This document shows positions 1 to 14,500 of a stretch of 64,000 nucleotides of DNA, piece by piece; positions within the stretch are counted from its first letter, which is position 1, and every line of letters starts with the position of its first letter. The stretch lies in the NCBI GenBank assembly GCA_002633005.1, contig NMRA01000051.1, positions 1,208,761 through 1,272,760 of the forward strand, written 5' to 3'. The notes under the pieces are model-generated. The model had not been told where the DNA came from. It did not search any database and was given only the letters and a program-made list of their open reading frames with translations. Origin of the DNA: Phoronis australis (lineage: Eukaryota; Animalia; Phoronida). The position numbers were made by a program, and so were the translations under genes.

Positions 1-417
1 GAACTAACAAATGCCAATTTCCAAAAAAGCCAGAACCAATTATGCTGCTTATGCCTAATGAGGTTTTCAGTTGCATGCAAACCTCAAAATCCTTTCTCAT
101 CCGAGTAAAGAGCAAGTTGGGACCAATTACATAGCGGTAAAGGCCCAAATCAAAGTTTGTTTCTTGATCCCATTGCAGGCTGCTTTAAACTAATACACTA
201 ATATCGGATAATGCCAACACGAGAATTAAAGTGAGCATCAAGAACAGCCCAAGACTGGTTGTTGTTGATAAATTGGAGCATTGGAATAGACACACAGAAG
301 TGTTTTAAAACCACCAATTCCACATCAAAAACACTAAAAACCAACCCCAGCAGTTGATCAGCTATCGAATTAGAACATGGGCAAATAGTGTCTGACGATA
401 TGTTAATTAGCCGATCT

Positions 418-520
418 CAATTTACGAGCATTTATTGGATGACAAATACTACGTAGAATCGGTACAACCAATCACAGCACTAGTCATTCTCCACTGTGTT
501 TAGTGTAAGATATTGCTGCT
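418..520 (+). repeat. Interspersed repeat fragment; second copy at ~12945-13050
   Basis: Shared blocks 'gcatttattgg...tagaat(c/t)ggtacaaccaatca(c/t)agcacta(g/a)tcatt...agatattgctgctc' in both locations. Confidence 0.7.
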
Positions 521-1131
521 CGTTAGGTCTGGTTTATGGTATAATCAGTGTTACGGACAGGTCAGGTGTCGCTGTCCATAATAATGCATTGTGGTATTTT
601 AGATTTTTTTCAAATATTAGACATTTCACCACTACAAGTACTTCATTTAATTTATCTATCACATACGATAATTCAAAATAAACCTGCATCATGTTTTTGC
701 AGCGCTATCTTGTGATGGACTCTTCTGACTACATCCACACTCTTCTTGTAATAAAGTTAAGTTGTATGAAAAGGCCTTTACAAGGAGCTAAAATCAATTT
801 GGATTATGGAACTGTAAATGGAATTACCGTAGGGTATTGGTAAGCAGGTGATCAAACTAAATTGGTTGTAAACAAAACGAAAAAGACACACATCAATGAT
901 GATGAAGTCTCTGGCCACAAATGTCAAGCAAAATTTGGTTAATTATTAAACTTGTTTGACACCATATATGCACAACACAGCATGGTATCAATAGCAAAAC
1001 AAGAAAGCCAAGAAGTTCACAGTCAAAACACAAACGAAGGATGAATTCGTTAGCGCCTTTCTAAGAATTCATAACAGGTGGAGGTATAAGACACGAAATA
1101 ACATCTAAAAGCATTCAGACTTTTTTCCATG

Positions 1132-1347
1132 CAATAATATGTCTGACAGTGACATGTATAATACGGTAAGGTAAGCCCGTATTACAATAATATGTCTGAC
1201 AGTGACATGTATAATATGGTAAGGTAAGCCCGTATTACAATAATGTGTCTGACAGTGACACGTATAACATGGTAAGGTAAGCCCGTATTACAATAATATG
1301 TCTGACAGTGACATGTATAATATGGTAAGGTAAGCCCGTATTACAAT
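1132..1347. repeat. Minisatellite, 53-bp unit x4
   Basis: Unit caataatatgtctgacagtgacatgtataata(c/t)ggtaaggtaagcccgtatta starts at 1132, 1185, 1238, 1291. Confidence 0.95.
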
Positions 1348-2314
1348 TCAGACTTGACAACCAACTGCTCTCATGACTCCATAACCATTTAAGCCAATAA
1401 TAAAAATTAAGTTCCGGGTTTGAATTTAGCAAAATCTACCAGACAAAATGCCCCTGGTATTGATAACTTTACTTGTAGACTTTGAACATCTTGAAAAATA
1501 TGCTTCTGACTTTAAAACATAAACCTTAAGCCTGTATTTCACCCAGCACATGTAAGCATTCCCAGTGACTTAGGTAAGTTGCCAACTTATTTGGCAATAA
1601 CTCAAAGTTAGATGAGCGTGACAAAGTATTAAAATCGCAGAGCGCTTGCATAATTCAACATTGACAGCTAAACAGGAGTGAAATGCAGCTTTGTATGAGT
1701 GAACGTCAGAACACAACCAGGTAAAAACCTGGCTATTAATGCGAAGTTTACTTTCCGTTCGACAATTTAAACTAAACTTGAAGTCACTTCACGTAAATGT
1801 AACGGGCTCGACAGTGGGCAAGTTTTTGTAACTCTGACACTATCAAAATGACCTACCTCTCCCTTGTCCGTTTAGAAATACAAGCTAAACAAAGTCACTT
1901 ACATAACTTTAAAACCTGCTACTAACAAAGAATTCAGCGGCCCGTTTTCAAAACATAACGCTTAAAACACTTGCATCCATCATTAGCTAAATTTTTTGAT
2001 TTTATAAAATGGCATCTTTTTAGAGATGGCAACAACTTCGAAGAAACACAATTTGCTTAGAATGTTTTCAACAAAAACCTCAAAACCACTAAAGAAGTGG
2101 TGCCACTTCTGATAATTTGTTGAGAATTGTACGAAAACTTGAGAAAAAGAACAGTGGATTGAAGAATCGAGGGAAACAGAAACTGTCCTACAGATGCAGT
2201 TTTATTTCACGGTGTTCAAAGTTGATACACATGATCATTCTAACACTTAACCTGGAATAGCATTGTTTATGCGCTGGTAACCATGTTAGCTTGCTCAAGG
2301 AAGAGTGAGAGTGA

Positions 2315-2520
2315 GGAGCCAGTGTGGCTTGGTGGTTTGAGATCTAGGCTCCTGTTTGGGAGACCTGGGTTCCAGTCCTGGCTTCATTGGCAGACAATTG
2401 AGCATTGCACAACAGTGTCTCCTCCTCTGAGCTCGGTCTTACAAGTGAACTTGGATATAATGTGGAAGCAATTTCTGGGGCTGTGCACATATCACATATT
2501 AAGAAAAGGAAGAGTATAAT
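2315..2520 (+). mobile_element. Degenerate tRNA-derived SINE
   Basis: A-box-like tggcttggtgg (~2325) and B-box-like ggttccagtcc (~2368) at tRNA-like spacing, followed by a non-tRNA body; no cloverleaf evident. Confidence 0.5.
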
Positions 2521-4842
2521 GCTAGTTTTAAGCGACATAAATGTTTGTGTCAGATTTCACATTTCAAATCCAGTACCTATACTGCTTAATGCACCACAGT
2601 TTGCCTAAACAGCATCACAACACATAGCTTTCTGATAGTCTGCAGAAGTAACCAGACATCTGTCCCCGTCAGTTATCATTTTGATGCCAAAAGAACCTCA
2701 ATTATGTCACAAGACTGCCTAAAACTGTAGCCTCAGCTGTTTGCTGTACAGATGATGAAGCAGTAACATGTATGCTGCATACGGTATGCCTCAGGCCTGA
2801 TGTGAAGCCAAGGTCACTAATAGCCATTACGATTTGGGCAAAAAATATGAAAATTCAGAAGGGCAAGTAAGCGCAGCACTACACGGAAAAACACAAGAGA
2901 CATTAGAGAAGCCACATGGACAGGGTTAGACACACAGGGGGAGGAGAGCCTTATTGTTCCTGCGCTGATTCTTGCCCATATTTTGGACAAAAATATTAGC
3001 AAAAATCCTTTTTCCTGTGTGCCATTTTGAAAATAATGGTAATAGCAGCAGTATCATTTTGTTCTGAATCAAAACAATGATATCCTCAGACAATATTTTC
3101 AAAAATTGTGGGCATCCCCATCAGTATTAGAAGATCCTGAAAAATGAAAAGAGGCAATTATTTTCGCAATTATTTTTATCCCATGAAATTGATGAGAATT
3201 TACCTCAGCAAAATCCAGGAGCAGTTTCTAAATCGTTCAATGTTATGTAATTTTATGTAACATATGTAGCTGAAACTTAACATTCATTTCAAAATGATAG
3301 CCAATGACATGTTTTTAAGTTAAATCAATAACTATCAAAAAACACTAAGATGGGCCAAAAAAAATAATAATGGCACCCAGTGTGAGGCATTCATATATAC
3401 AAAGGATCGATGGTGCCTGTGAGAGATACGTTTGACTAGAGATATTTCCTTGAAAAAACGCTTTCTTTCAGATGTAGGTACATCGTTCAGAATATGGCAT
3501 AAAATTTAAAAAGTACTAGCTGTTACCTGTGCTTAAGAACGCATAGCAGCAGCTAGTACCGGTATATGGAGGTGAAATAGCTACACCTTTAAGTGAACAT
3601 TAGTGTTCATTGCAAGAAACAGGAATATTTCTTGAAGTGACCGTTTATTTCAAAGCTTCAATCAGAATTTCTGACACTGAAAAATCTAATAAATGTGATT
3701 TTTGAATTATTCTCAGACTCTAGTAACAAAGAAAGTCCTGTTGTTTTGAAAATAATGCCCTCGTGACGCGCATTTCGCAGCAAATTTGGGTTTGCTGATA
3801 ATAAAATACTAAGAACTTGTAACAAAATGAAACCAGTTCCGAATAAGAGAAGAACAGTGATGATTGAAGAACCAGGAAATTGGCCAATAGGTGACGCAAT
3901 GGCACCGAAAGTCGACCCAAAAGAGCCTACCACTGTTTTAACAGCAAAATAACGGTTGAACGCCAATTTTTCCAACATCGCTAAATAATAAAGTTTAGTT
4001 TTTAATGACATCATTAGCTTTGGCGGCGACAGGTCCGAAGAAGTATATACACGACGGAAGCCGGTGGGAGTGACATTAAGCTAACGAACTGACGTCACCC
4101 ACGCCATTGAGCCGACAAACTACTGTCACCAAGGCCAGTACGAAACTGGCCACCCTCCCTCCACGTCTGCAAAAATCAGCCAGCAAGAAAAAATTAGAAC
4201 ACTTCGAATCCAAATAGGGTGCTGGTGCACTACCTGGGAGTAAGGCGGTGCTGAAACGGGCGGAACGGTCTGTAGTGGAGCGGAGTAGACAGAGTTTGTG
4301 CGAATGATACATTTTATATAATAGAAGACAGCAGAGTAGACCATCAGCTAGGATCTGTTAAATACTTCTTGATCTATGGATAGATCAGTTTTTCCACTTG
4401 AGATGCATTAAGGATATTGCCAATTTCCTAAAACTGCTGTTATCATTGAGAGCCCATTTATTGCATAATTAGCTGGATCATTTATCATACAAGACAATAG
4501 ACAAAATTCACAAGGTCATACACTCTAAACTCTTGAGGCTATGAATAAATGAACACCTGACACAAGTGTGTGGAGTGCATTTCAGTGGATGCCTATTACG
4601 GGAAATTATGGAGAAAGCCTATGGTGTTAAAAATACTCTAATTTGAGACAATGAAAATTTTTTTAAAAATTTTGAATTGAAATTATTTTGGTCAAGGTTG
4701 GAGCTTGTTGCAAATTCTAGAAATAGGCAATATCAGCAGTCCCAAATTCAAGATTGACCAGAAAAACGGAAAAATTACCCACTCAGTAGATTGAAAACAT
4801 CATCCAAAATTTTGGAAATATGGTGAATGCCAAAATCGCCAT

Positions 4843-4955
4843 TGTCCCAAATTCCAGAATGAAGAAAATCCAATCTCTGCAGGAATTTTTTTGTGTCCCA
4901 AATTCCAGAATGAAGAAAATCCAATCTCTGCAGGAATTTTTTTGTGTCCCAAATT
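4843..4955. repeat. 51-bp tandem duplication
   Basis: tgtcccaaattccagaatgaagaaaatccaatctctgcaggaatttttttg at 4843 and 4894, third partial at 4945. Confidence 0.95.
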
Positions 4956-6569
4956 GAAGATTTTTATTCCGTTTTCACAGAATTACATTACCAAAGCTTT
5001 TAAAAACATCCTAAAGGAGCTCTAAGCCAGCTTACTGTAACCAACTGACTTCAGATTTTGGACACTTACTAAGAGAGGGATTCCTGGGCTTAAGAACAAC
5101 TAGCAGTTTGTTGTGGCATGAGATCAGGCTCGATGAACTGGCCTAAGTTACAACCTGTCATTTTATGCAGCAAGCATGTTCTCCAACATTATCAAACTGT
5201 CAGGTCATCAGTAGTCTCAAAGTCATTCACCATCTGATTAAGGTATAAGAATGAGACCCTTTTCGAGCAGAAAGTGATCCACATTAAAAATTAGTTTCTT
5301 GTCTGCTATTAATGTGGGTTTCTAGCGGGTTTAACCATCCAATCCTTGTTACGCCACCTACTAATGCATTACTGGGTCAAGTGGTTTTGAAGTCCCACCA
5401 ATGTGTTGATTACCCATTTGACTGTTGCTATCGCCAACCTTTTTAGTAGTCTCTATTCTAACTTGTATATCAAAAAAACTAAGCTTTGTCGACTAGGAGA
5501 GGAAAAAGATTAGGGAATATGAAAATACTTTTTGTATTAATGTACCATTATTATTTTTACGTAAAAACCTTTTTAAGTCAAAATTTTATTTTTAAGAAAG
5601 GTATATTCATAGCAAAATAACCCATCGGTCGATTTTAATGAAACATTTTTTAAATGAAAACTTCACCAGTTACCTTAAAAATACTGTTATGAATTTTCAT
5701 TAGTCTTTTTGTTTGGTTTCTATGACAAATCAACTGGCAAAACGTAAGGTATCTTTGTAAAAAACAGAAGTTGTATTCGTCTTTGTTACATTACATAAAA
5801 ATAGGCCTTTATATCGAAATTCCTAACAGCATTTTTGAGATTGATGACTAAATATTAAATTTGGAAAGTTTCAGCGAAATCCACCAAGCCCTTTTCGAGA
5901 ACTCGTGCTCCTAAAGTTCAAATGAAGTTGATTTGCCGAAGTCGAGAAAAAGCCGATTAAACTGGGACAGGTGAAAATCTCAAAGTCTTCACTTAATTAT
6001 TCAGTAAAAGCTTGTTTTTGGTACACATAACCATAACTTCAACATTACAGTTACAAACCAACAAAATTTTGAGAAATTGTGAGCATTCACAACAATGTTG
6101 AGAGCTTTTGAAAAATTATCAGTTTTGACAATTTTGTCCAAAATTGGCAGGATTTTACTATCCAGATATTATCTTTTTGCAGAGGTGTCGATATATCCAA
6201 AATATAGTTGATGGAATTTAATGATCACTTTCCCCCCCCATCACATGCAAGCTGATCAGTGGACATTACATCCTCTGTGATAAGCACATGACAAGAACAC
6301 GTTAAAAACGTGCGAGTATGGTTAAATCTCAACAATTTTGGACACCAAATGAAATTTTAACTTCTTTCTTAAAAGACAAAAACAACATACTATTATACCA
6401 TTTTAGATGTCTATATTATGGCAACAACCAGAAAACTATTTTCCACAAATGTTAGCTTTTGAAAAATGAAAAAGACCAATTTGGGTAATTATTTTTGTCT
6501 GAATTTGATGATATTTCACAGCAACTAGTAAGAGGATAAATGACAAATTGCTTCGAAAACTTTTGTATA

Positions 6570-6708
6570 GTTACATAGCCCTGTTCTAGCCCTTGTTACA
6601 TAAACCTGGTTTAGCTCTTGTTACATGGCCCTGGTCTAGCCATCGTTACATAGCGCTGTCCTAGCCCTTGTTACATAGCCCTGTCCTAGACTAGTCTAGC
6701 CCTTGTTA
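6570..6708. repeat. Minisatellite, 25-bp unit x~5.5
   Basis: gttacatagccctgttctagccctt variants at 6570, 6595, 6620, 6645, 6670. Confidence 0.9.
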
Positions 6709-7766
6709 ATGTTATACAGTTAGAAACTTCTTCTTTCATCACTGCAATGATAAAAAACTTTTTCCGACAAGCATTAAGATAGATGACAAGAGCAAGATAT
6801 AATTTTAGTATGATAAAGCCTCCCAAAAAAACGAACTGCGAGAAAACAATAATAAAAACAGGATAACCTTATATAAAGAAATGATGAATACCAAAAAATG
6901 TTGGGTACAGTTGAGCACAATACACAATATTGGATTACTTAAACATTACACAAAAAATCAGTTGAGTGCCAAGGGAGACAGAGAACAGTTTCACAAAAAG
7001 CTACGAAACATTTTAGTTCTAAATTTAGAAAGACACCTGTGGTATTCTTAGCAGGCTTGGGGCAATTATGCTGCTATTTCCTGTGTTTCATCTTTAAAGT
7101 TCACATGTTGTCATGGTACATAAACAAGATCTCCATTTGGTTTTATTGCTGCAACAAACAATAGAGAAAAGAAACTAACAGAAACTCACTGTAAAGTGTA
7201 AAAATGTTTCTGAAACAAAGTAGGCATTTTAAAGCAAAATCCTAACTGCATTTTTGAGACATATAACTTAAAGTTTTCATTCAAAAAAAGTTTCAGTAAA
7301 ATTGGCTAGGGGGTTATTTTTCCTGCACATGACAATTTGATTGAAAAAAACGCAGTCACATGACAATAATAAGGACACTGTAACAAGAAGCATATTTTTA
7401 GATTCCTTGATCTTTCTCCTTTAAGAAAATGTATACCCTTGTATCGGTTGACAAAGCATAGTTTTTTCGATGTTTGACTAAGAGTTGAAGTCATAATACT
7501 AAGGTCCTAGAAAACTTTTAGAAATAATTAACTGTCACTTTTTTCCAAGCCCAGAATATGGAACAATTTGAGACGTAACGGGGGTGCATGGGCATTCATT
7601 ATCTAAATCTAAAGTTGATTTGGGAGCCCTATTTAAACTTTACAGTCTACATTCAGTGGTCTCAGTGTAAATTTACCTGCTGTGTAGAACAAGTCGGACA
7701 GGGATCCTGTCTACTCTGCACGACAAGCATAGGTGAAAAAATCTATTTCAATTTCATTAGACCTAC

Positions 7767-7818
7767 CTTCACCAGATCCATCAAATTCACATCTGCGAGT
7801 CGAGTGACCAGTCCCCAT
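7767..7818 (-). CDS. STK32: First coding exon of STK32/YANK-family Ser/Thr kinase (rest of gene probably left of window)
   Basis: ATG at 7818, reads MGTGHSTRRCEFDGSGE + 1 nt, then GTAGGT donor (52 nt, phase 1). It resembles the STK32A/B N-terminus as I recall it ([23 protein letters not shown]), has an MGxxxS myristoylation motif, and lies head-to-head with LRRC27 as STK32C does in human. Exon 2 (VNFDHF...) not found in 1-7766. Confidence 0.72.
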
Positions 7819-8568
7819 ATTGACAACTATCGGATTAGCATGAGGTTTGCAACAATTTCCGTGCACTCTTCGAAGTTATCCAGTCAATGCAGATAATGTT
7901 TGAAATCTTTGGCAGTAGGCCTACTGGTGACAACTGAGCTTCGCCGGGGACTGGTCTTTTCAGGTCAAATTATTTATCATCATCATTTCAGTCCAACATC
8001 AAAATCATTCAAATGATTGTATTTTGCTTGACTGAAATGCAGCAGATAGGCTGCAGCTCCTGGACCTAGGACCAACTACTCGCATGAAATCATTTTCCCC
8101 TATTCAAAACTAACTTTCCGCAGCGTAGCTCACAACTGACAGCAAGAATCTCTCAACGTAAACTGAAAACAGCTGGTCAAAAGTTCACGATGTGTGCACT
8201 GGTAGTGACACCAGGAGGCAAACAAAGGAAGCAAACCAGCTAAAATTTCAAATTAGTCATAAGCCACATAATAACTTTGTTTATAGCATTTAAAATAATT
8301 ATTAACCAATAATGTTAATTTTTAATACAGTATCTATTATACATGGGATTTTTGCGGTCAAAATAAAAAACTTTTATATCACGTGACCGGATCGTCATGG
8401 TGATTTGTTTTGGTCGTCCATATTGGGATTATGAACGATATAATTAGGCCTATTGGTGATTTGATGTTTTCAAGTTTTGTTGCGCGTGATGCTTGAAAAC
8501 TCCAACCTTTTGTGTATTTCCATTAAGTTATAGCGTATCGTGTTTGTAAACGGCTGTTATATGTTAAA
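7819..8568. promoter_or_regulatory. Putative bidirectional promoter / 5'UTRs between STK32 and LRRC27
   Basis: 750 bp between divergent ATGs; E-box CACGTG ~8380, reverse CCAAT (attgg) at ~8422 and ~8452, local CpG enrichment 8380-8550; 4-codon uORF (MLIR*) at 7827-7841 on minus strand. Confidence 0.5.
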
Positions 8569-11500
8569 ATGACTGCACAATACGCTAAACTTTATCCCGA
8601 TTTTCACACCATGAACGGAGTCGGGGATGGACGAATCCGTGTTCCGCCTTTGAACGGAAGTGAACAAGAAACCGGCGACCAGACTCCTGAATTGCGCACA
8701 ATGTCTGCTGCTAATCAAGATACTGTGGCCAGATTGATACGAGAAGCAGTGTTACTAGGCTCAAATACTCTTGATCTTAGCAATAAAATGTTGAGCTCTA
8801 TTCCTGAAGAAGTTATGAAAATGTCAAATTTAGAGGTATTAATCGGAAGCATTTACTACTGTTGGGTAATAATTGCGGAGAAGGGTCCCGCATTTTGAGA
8901 ACCACTTTTCACCACTGAAAAACGGGTAAAAAACTGGTTCTCAAAATCTGGGAAGCCTGTAAGTGACTATTGCCAACTTGTTTTAGTTTGTTGTGCTGCG
9001 TTGTCGACATTGTACCGTATGGAGTGGTCTAGACAGACAGTTGCATTTGTTTTTGTAATGATAGGTACTTATGTCCGTTTCAAGCAAGAACTGTTTTTGC
9101 AAGGTTCCCCTAGTTATGTTATGATAAATTTCAAAGTTTAAAAATGCGAAACAAGAGCTCTTACTATACATGACCAAAAATATCCATGAAGATATTGACA
9201 ACTGAAAAATGGTAGAAGTGTCACTCTTTCTATAATCATTTTTTGTAAAACTCTGCAAATTCATTATTTCTCAACCAAATTAGTTAAAATAACACCATTG
9301 GAAAGCTTCACATCTACTATTTTTATTGCTGTAAAGTAGATAAAAATTAGCGTAATGTAATTAAAAGTAATTAAGTAACGAAATGGTGTTTTCTATAATT
9401 TTCATCAAATGTAACAAAGACCTTTCGAACACTGCAAACTGTGTGTCAAAAGTTGGGACCACTACAAATTTACCTAAGTGACCTCATCCCAAAGTGTGTG
9501 TTGTGTTCTTACTCTGTGTCGATTTTGTACTAATCATATCAATTATAGCAGAACTACACTTAATTTACATCAGCTGAGCATATCCATATTATTTTTACAA
9601 CAGAAGTATAGCATTCAGCCACTTGTCTCAGCACCATGAACGCATGGCAAGGGAGAGTTTTTATGTACTTCCGTAGCATTCTCAGTCATTTTTTTCTCGT
9701 TCATCTCGAGACTAAATGTCAGTCCCCTACGAACTTTTAAATTTATTGAACCTGATTGCTTAAAACATGATTACACAGTATCACTTCACCTTGTGTGCTT
9801 CTTCATTTCAGTACCTTTACCTGGAGGGAAACTGCCTGTCAAGTTTGCCAGATAACTTCTTTGATTGCTTACCCAACCTCAAGTGGTTAGACCTACGACA
9901 CAACTACATAGCCAGCCTGCCGACAGTATACATTGCTCGTCACAGGAATCTGCACAACTTACTTCTGGAGTCCAACCAACTCAAGAGTTTGCCACTGGAA
10001 TTAGGTAGGACACGTGTGACCCATGCTGTTGCCTCGTGAAATTAAGAGAACAACACGTAGGATTCAATAGGCTGGGATCTGTCAAACACTTCATAATAGG
10101 AACCTCGATGCCTCAATTTCAGGACTGATTTGTTGCCTGATTCCCCTCTAAAAAGATTTGAAGGTCACGGTTAACTCCCCTCACCAGGCTCAAAAATGCT
10201 CCAGACATGTGAATCACTTTAAACTCTCGCAGAACTAACATTATTATTTGATAAATCCACCCATCGCAGTTTAGTGCATGTAAGTAAATGACTGATCACA
10301 TGACATTCACCAAGGAGTCATTCATATCTCGATTCACTACTTGACATCCCTACTAGTTAGACTGGTCCAGTTCCAAAAAACACAAGTACTGATGGTTGAG
10401 GGTAGTTGTCTTGTCTATAGCAGTGTATGAAGCAATGCGACCAAGAATACATGAGTCCTCGCTACTTTACGGAATCGCGAGATACCTTGAGCTGGATTTA
10501 GCTGTGTGGTTGGTTATTTTACTAGAACATGTAATTGATACAATCTTTATTGTAAAACGACCCCTATTTTTGGATTAAGTGGGGGCGTTTGTCCCGTTAT
10601 CTAAAATCTTGACATTTTATAGCTGACCTATTTTTCTCCATATTCTGTGCCAAATGTCAATATCACATGACATTTTGTGCCTGACCTATATTTTCCATGT
10701 TTGCCAAAGGAGCACTCTACTCACCCAATAAGGGAATTGTACACAAAGTTGAAATATTTTGAGGCTTTTATTTCATGAAAAATCAGTATTGAATACATAT
10801 CCAACATTAGACACAAGATTTTTTTCTTGTGAAATTTGCACTGCAACATGAACGTATATCTTCTCGTGGTAGTTTTTTTCATGTGAAATCTTTTAATCAT
10901 TCAAGTTTCAAAAGTTTGAACAGGGCACACAAATGGAGGGAATTTGCCCTTAAGATTTATTTTGTTTGTATCTTCAACAACTTTGATGACATTCACATGG
11001 CAGGTCAGTGATGCGAGTTACCTTCATTTTCTACTCGTATTTTACTTTTTCCACTGTCTCGTTCGAGCGTTTACTCTCTTATGTTGAGCCCTGTAAAAAT
11101 CTATTAAGACTTAAGTCAACTTGATACTCATGAAACGATCTTTTGCAAATTTTTATCTTCGTCCTTTGCTCGAATTTTGGTCTTATGGTAGACAAATCTT
11201 TGGTCACGAATCTTTGTGAAATGAGCCCCTCTACATGGAGCATTAGCTAGATATTTCAATCTGTAAGTTTTTGCATTTGTTCTTAACTGAATAATTGTTA
11301 CCGTAGCTACGTCATATGTCCATTTTACCAGTTAAATTCGCTCCGCTACAGGCATGATTCCGACGCTCCAGGGCTTGAATATTGCCAGCAATCCCATAGA
11401 ATTTCCTCCCAATGAAATTCTGGAACAAGGCACCAAAGAAGTGTTGAGGTTTCTCAGGGAGATGCTCATTTCAAAAAGCCAGGGCCACTTGCCAGCAGGT

Positions 11501-14500
11501 ATGTCCTATTTACTAGTGGTTGGCTGGTGTTCGATTGTATCTGAAAAGTGATCAAGCTTGATTTCACAAACTGGTTAGGTGGTGTCAGATGAGATGTGGA
11601 TGTATGTAACTGAAGACATTTTCATCAGAGTTCCTTACGTTATACAAAGCAATGTTTACAGAAACGTTAAGGAATGTTAATGTCCAGTGAGATTTCCACT
11701 TTTAGAATCTATGATAGTTAATGTTCTAACACAGTTACTAAATGTATAATGTTGGTGTTGCTTTCACATTAAGTTTCATCATGTCAGTGTGTAGGATTGG
11801 TATTTGCCTTGCAAAACTACAGGGAGAACCTGATTACTTTATGTCAATAATTGTATAGCTGTCTGCTCTTATTAGTGCAGTGTTTTTATTTGTGAATTCA
11901 CAATCAAAAGTATTACAAAAAAACTTTCAGATACCATACTTTGAGCACTATTCTCCCAATCTCTTGGGTATTGTTTTTAGAATATTCCATTTTTGTATGC
12001 GGGGCTATCAAAGATAGAACTTGTATGATTTTCATAAGAAATGTTACATAAAACGAAAACAAAATGATAATTTAGAAAGTTCAAGGAGCATTTTGAGATT
12101 TCATCTTGAACATTTATTTCAAATTTCATTTGATCATGTTATTGATACTGTTGATTTGTTATCAGGTTACATCTCTCTTGCTAAATTTTACTAAAAAGAC
12201 TTGTCACATGATTTGATTAATGGCAGATTGGTAAAAAGTAAAAATCAAATTTTACAGGCTTTCTACTTTTCAGAATTATATATTTTTTGCTTGTTTAAAA
12301 TCTGTTATTTTGTAGATATGTGGCTTGTCACTAAGGTCCTACATAACTCAATAAGAGTGCAATGATAAAATTGTTACTGCATGCTGATTCTCTTGTCTTA
12401 CGTGTAACTCAGAATTTGAAAGTCTTCGTTTGTCGTCCGATTCCAACGAGTCTCCTTCCCCGCGTCACGATGGTTTGGCAAAAAGAAGAAACTCTAAATC
12501 TAAGTCGACCTCTAGTCGCAGATCGTCGGTCACAGAGGAATTAGTTGGCCCCATCCCATCAAGGTAAGCGTGTAACGGATTTTATTTTGTAACATTTAAG
12601 TATTTTATTCATTTGTTTGAAATTTACGAAGCACTTTGTAGTTTTAGATTGTGTCGTCTAACATTTAAAGTTATATTTAGTGCAGATTTAGCAGTGGAAA
12701 ATGTGAGAAATAAGATAAAACAAGATCAAGTAAGAATTATTAGTCATAATGCTTGCCATATGTTGGTTACTGTCACCACAGAATTATATATATTTATATG
12801 CACCCCCAAATTTGAGTAAGATGCCTTCTAAAACCACCAATTACATGCCAGAATCACCAAAAATGACCCCACCAGTCAATCAAGTCACTCAATTAGAAAA
12901 CCTGCAAACACTATGTAATGATAGGTTAATTAGTTGAATGCTAGTTACAAGCATTTATTGGTTGATACAATTTAGAATTGGTACAACCAATCATAGCACT
13001 AATCATTTTCCATTGTGTTCATTGGGAAAAGTTGTCAGATATTGCTGCTCATTTTTCCGTGTTTCATCGTATATTAAAGACTGGTAGAGAGTTGTGCTTG
13101 TGGTGGTTGTGACAACTCGGTATTTGAGCATGCTGCGGCTCATTTCACTTGCCTCGTGGGACATCAGTGAAGCGCAAAGCTGGCACAAGTTTGTACAAAA
13201 AAGCTTTTGTGTTCGTGGACATGACTTACTTAAGTATAGGTCATGTGATGTGACCAACATGTAGCATGTATTAGCACTAATAATTCTTACTTGTGTTATA
13301 TATGATTTTCCAACTTAGCTCAGTATGAAGAATGCTTTTTGTTGTCGTTTGAATGTACGTACACCCTAATCACAAACAACATCATCAACAAAATCCTTTT
13401 TAACCCGAAAACGTGTTCTTCAAGCTCAATATAACTTTAACTCAATATGCATGTTTTTGTTATTCTGCACTTGTAATTTCTGTGAATGTTTGTATTTGAT
13501 ACTTCACTTACATTAGTTTGACCATATTCTATTTTTGTTAGTTTGGCTCTTATCGCCTTCTGTTTATGTTACCTCTAGATTCCAGTTTATAGTAAAATGG
13601 CTTGTCTCAAACAATGAAACATCCATTAATGTCTTCTAGATTGAAAAAGACAACTAGCTCTGTTAATATATTTTGGAGAAGGTTTGTATATATATGTGTC
13701 GTATCGTTTCTGCTCCGGGCTTAGTTGGCTAGTGTTCCTTGCCTTGCATGCAGACGTCAATCCATCATTTGGTGTCGAGGTGTTATTTGTAACAGTTCGG
13801 TGTGGAAGTTTTCCAAAACTAAACACGGCCTTGGGTTCTTAATATGAATATTCACGTGGTTGGGAATAGCCATTGAGCAATAAGGTTCTCAAAACATTCT
13901 CTTATATTTATCACTGATTTTCCTTGAGCATGCTAAAATAATTTTTTTACATGGTTATTAATTTAGGTATACTTTGTGGAACTAAGATTTCTATTTGTTA
14001 AAACACAATAAACCTGGGCTGCGTCAAAAAAAAAACTATAAAGTTGGTCTCAATGTGTTCCTTTCTCAGATGGAAAATGGTTTTTCGTCTTGCAAAGAAC
14101 TCACATTTTTATTCGTCAAGGTCTTGCTTGGCGAATAAAATGACACGTAGTAACAAGCCATCTTGAATAACCTGATCTTGAGCTATAATGAACTATCAGT
14201 TCTTTTCAAGGCTGGAAATCCCTAAGGAACAATTTGAGACCAATTTCGTGATGGTAAGTGGTCTAAAAACTGTGACGGAAGGGGGTCGATAGCCAGTGTA
14301 ATGATTACATAATAACTTAAAATAAAATCAGTCGAGTAATTACTTGTTGTTTAGCCTGACACTAAGTAAGTGTTCTCTGTAATTTTCTGATTAAGGTCTT
14401 GGAGTGCCCATTGTACCTCAGTTTGGCATATTATTGCCACTTGTGACATCGTTTTTCATATTGGGGAATCACGTGAGTGCGTTTGTAACCTCCTGAGGGT

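Noticed and set aside
1132-1347. CRISPR-like periodicity (also 19537-19878)
   Set aside because: Units repeat head-to-tail without unique spacers, the context is eukaryotic and there are no cas genes; these are ordinary minisatellites.
2315-2390. tRNA gene
   Set aside because: A and B boxes are degenerate and there is no complete cloverleaf; treated as a SINE head.
3658-4344. Cluster of 66-118 aa ORFs with promoter-like CpG-rich sequence
   Set aside because: No recognisable domain or consistent splice structure; probably transposon interior.
7677-7715. Possible second STK32 exon (AG...CAG|GTAAAT on minus strand)
   Set aside because: Only ~50 nt from exon 1, and the phase-1 join gives an immediate TAG.
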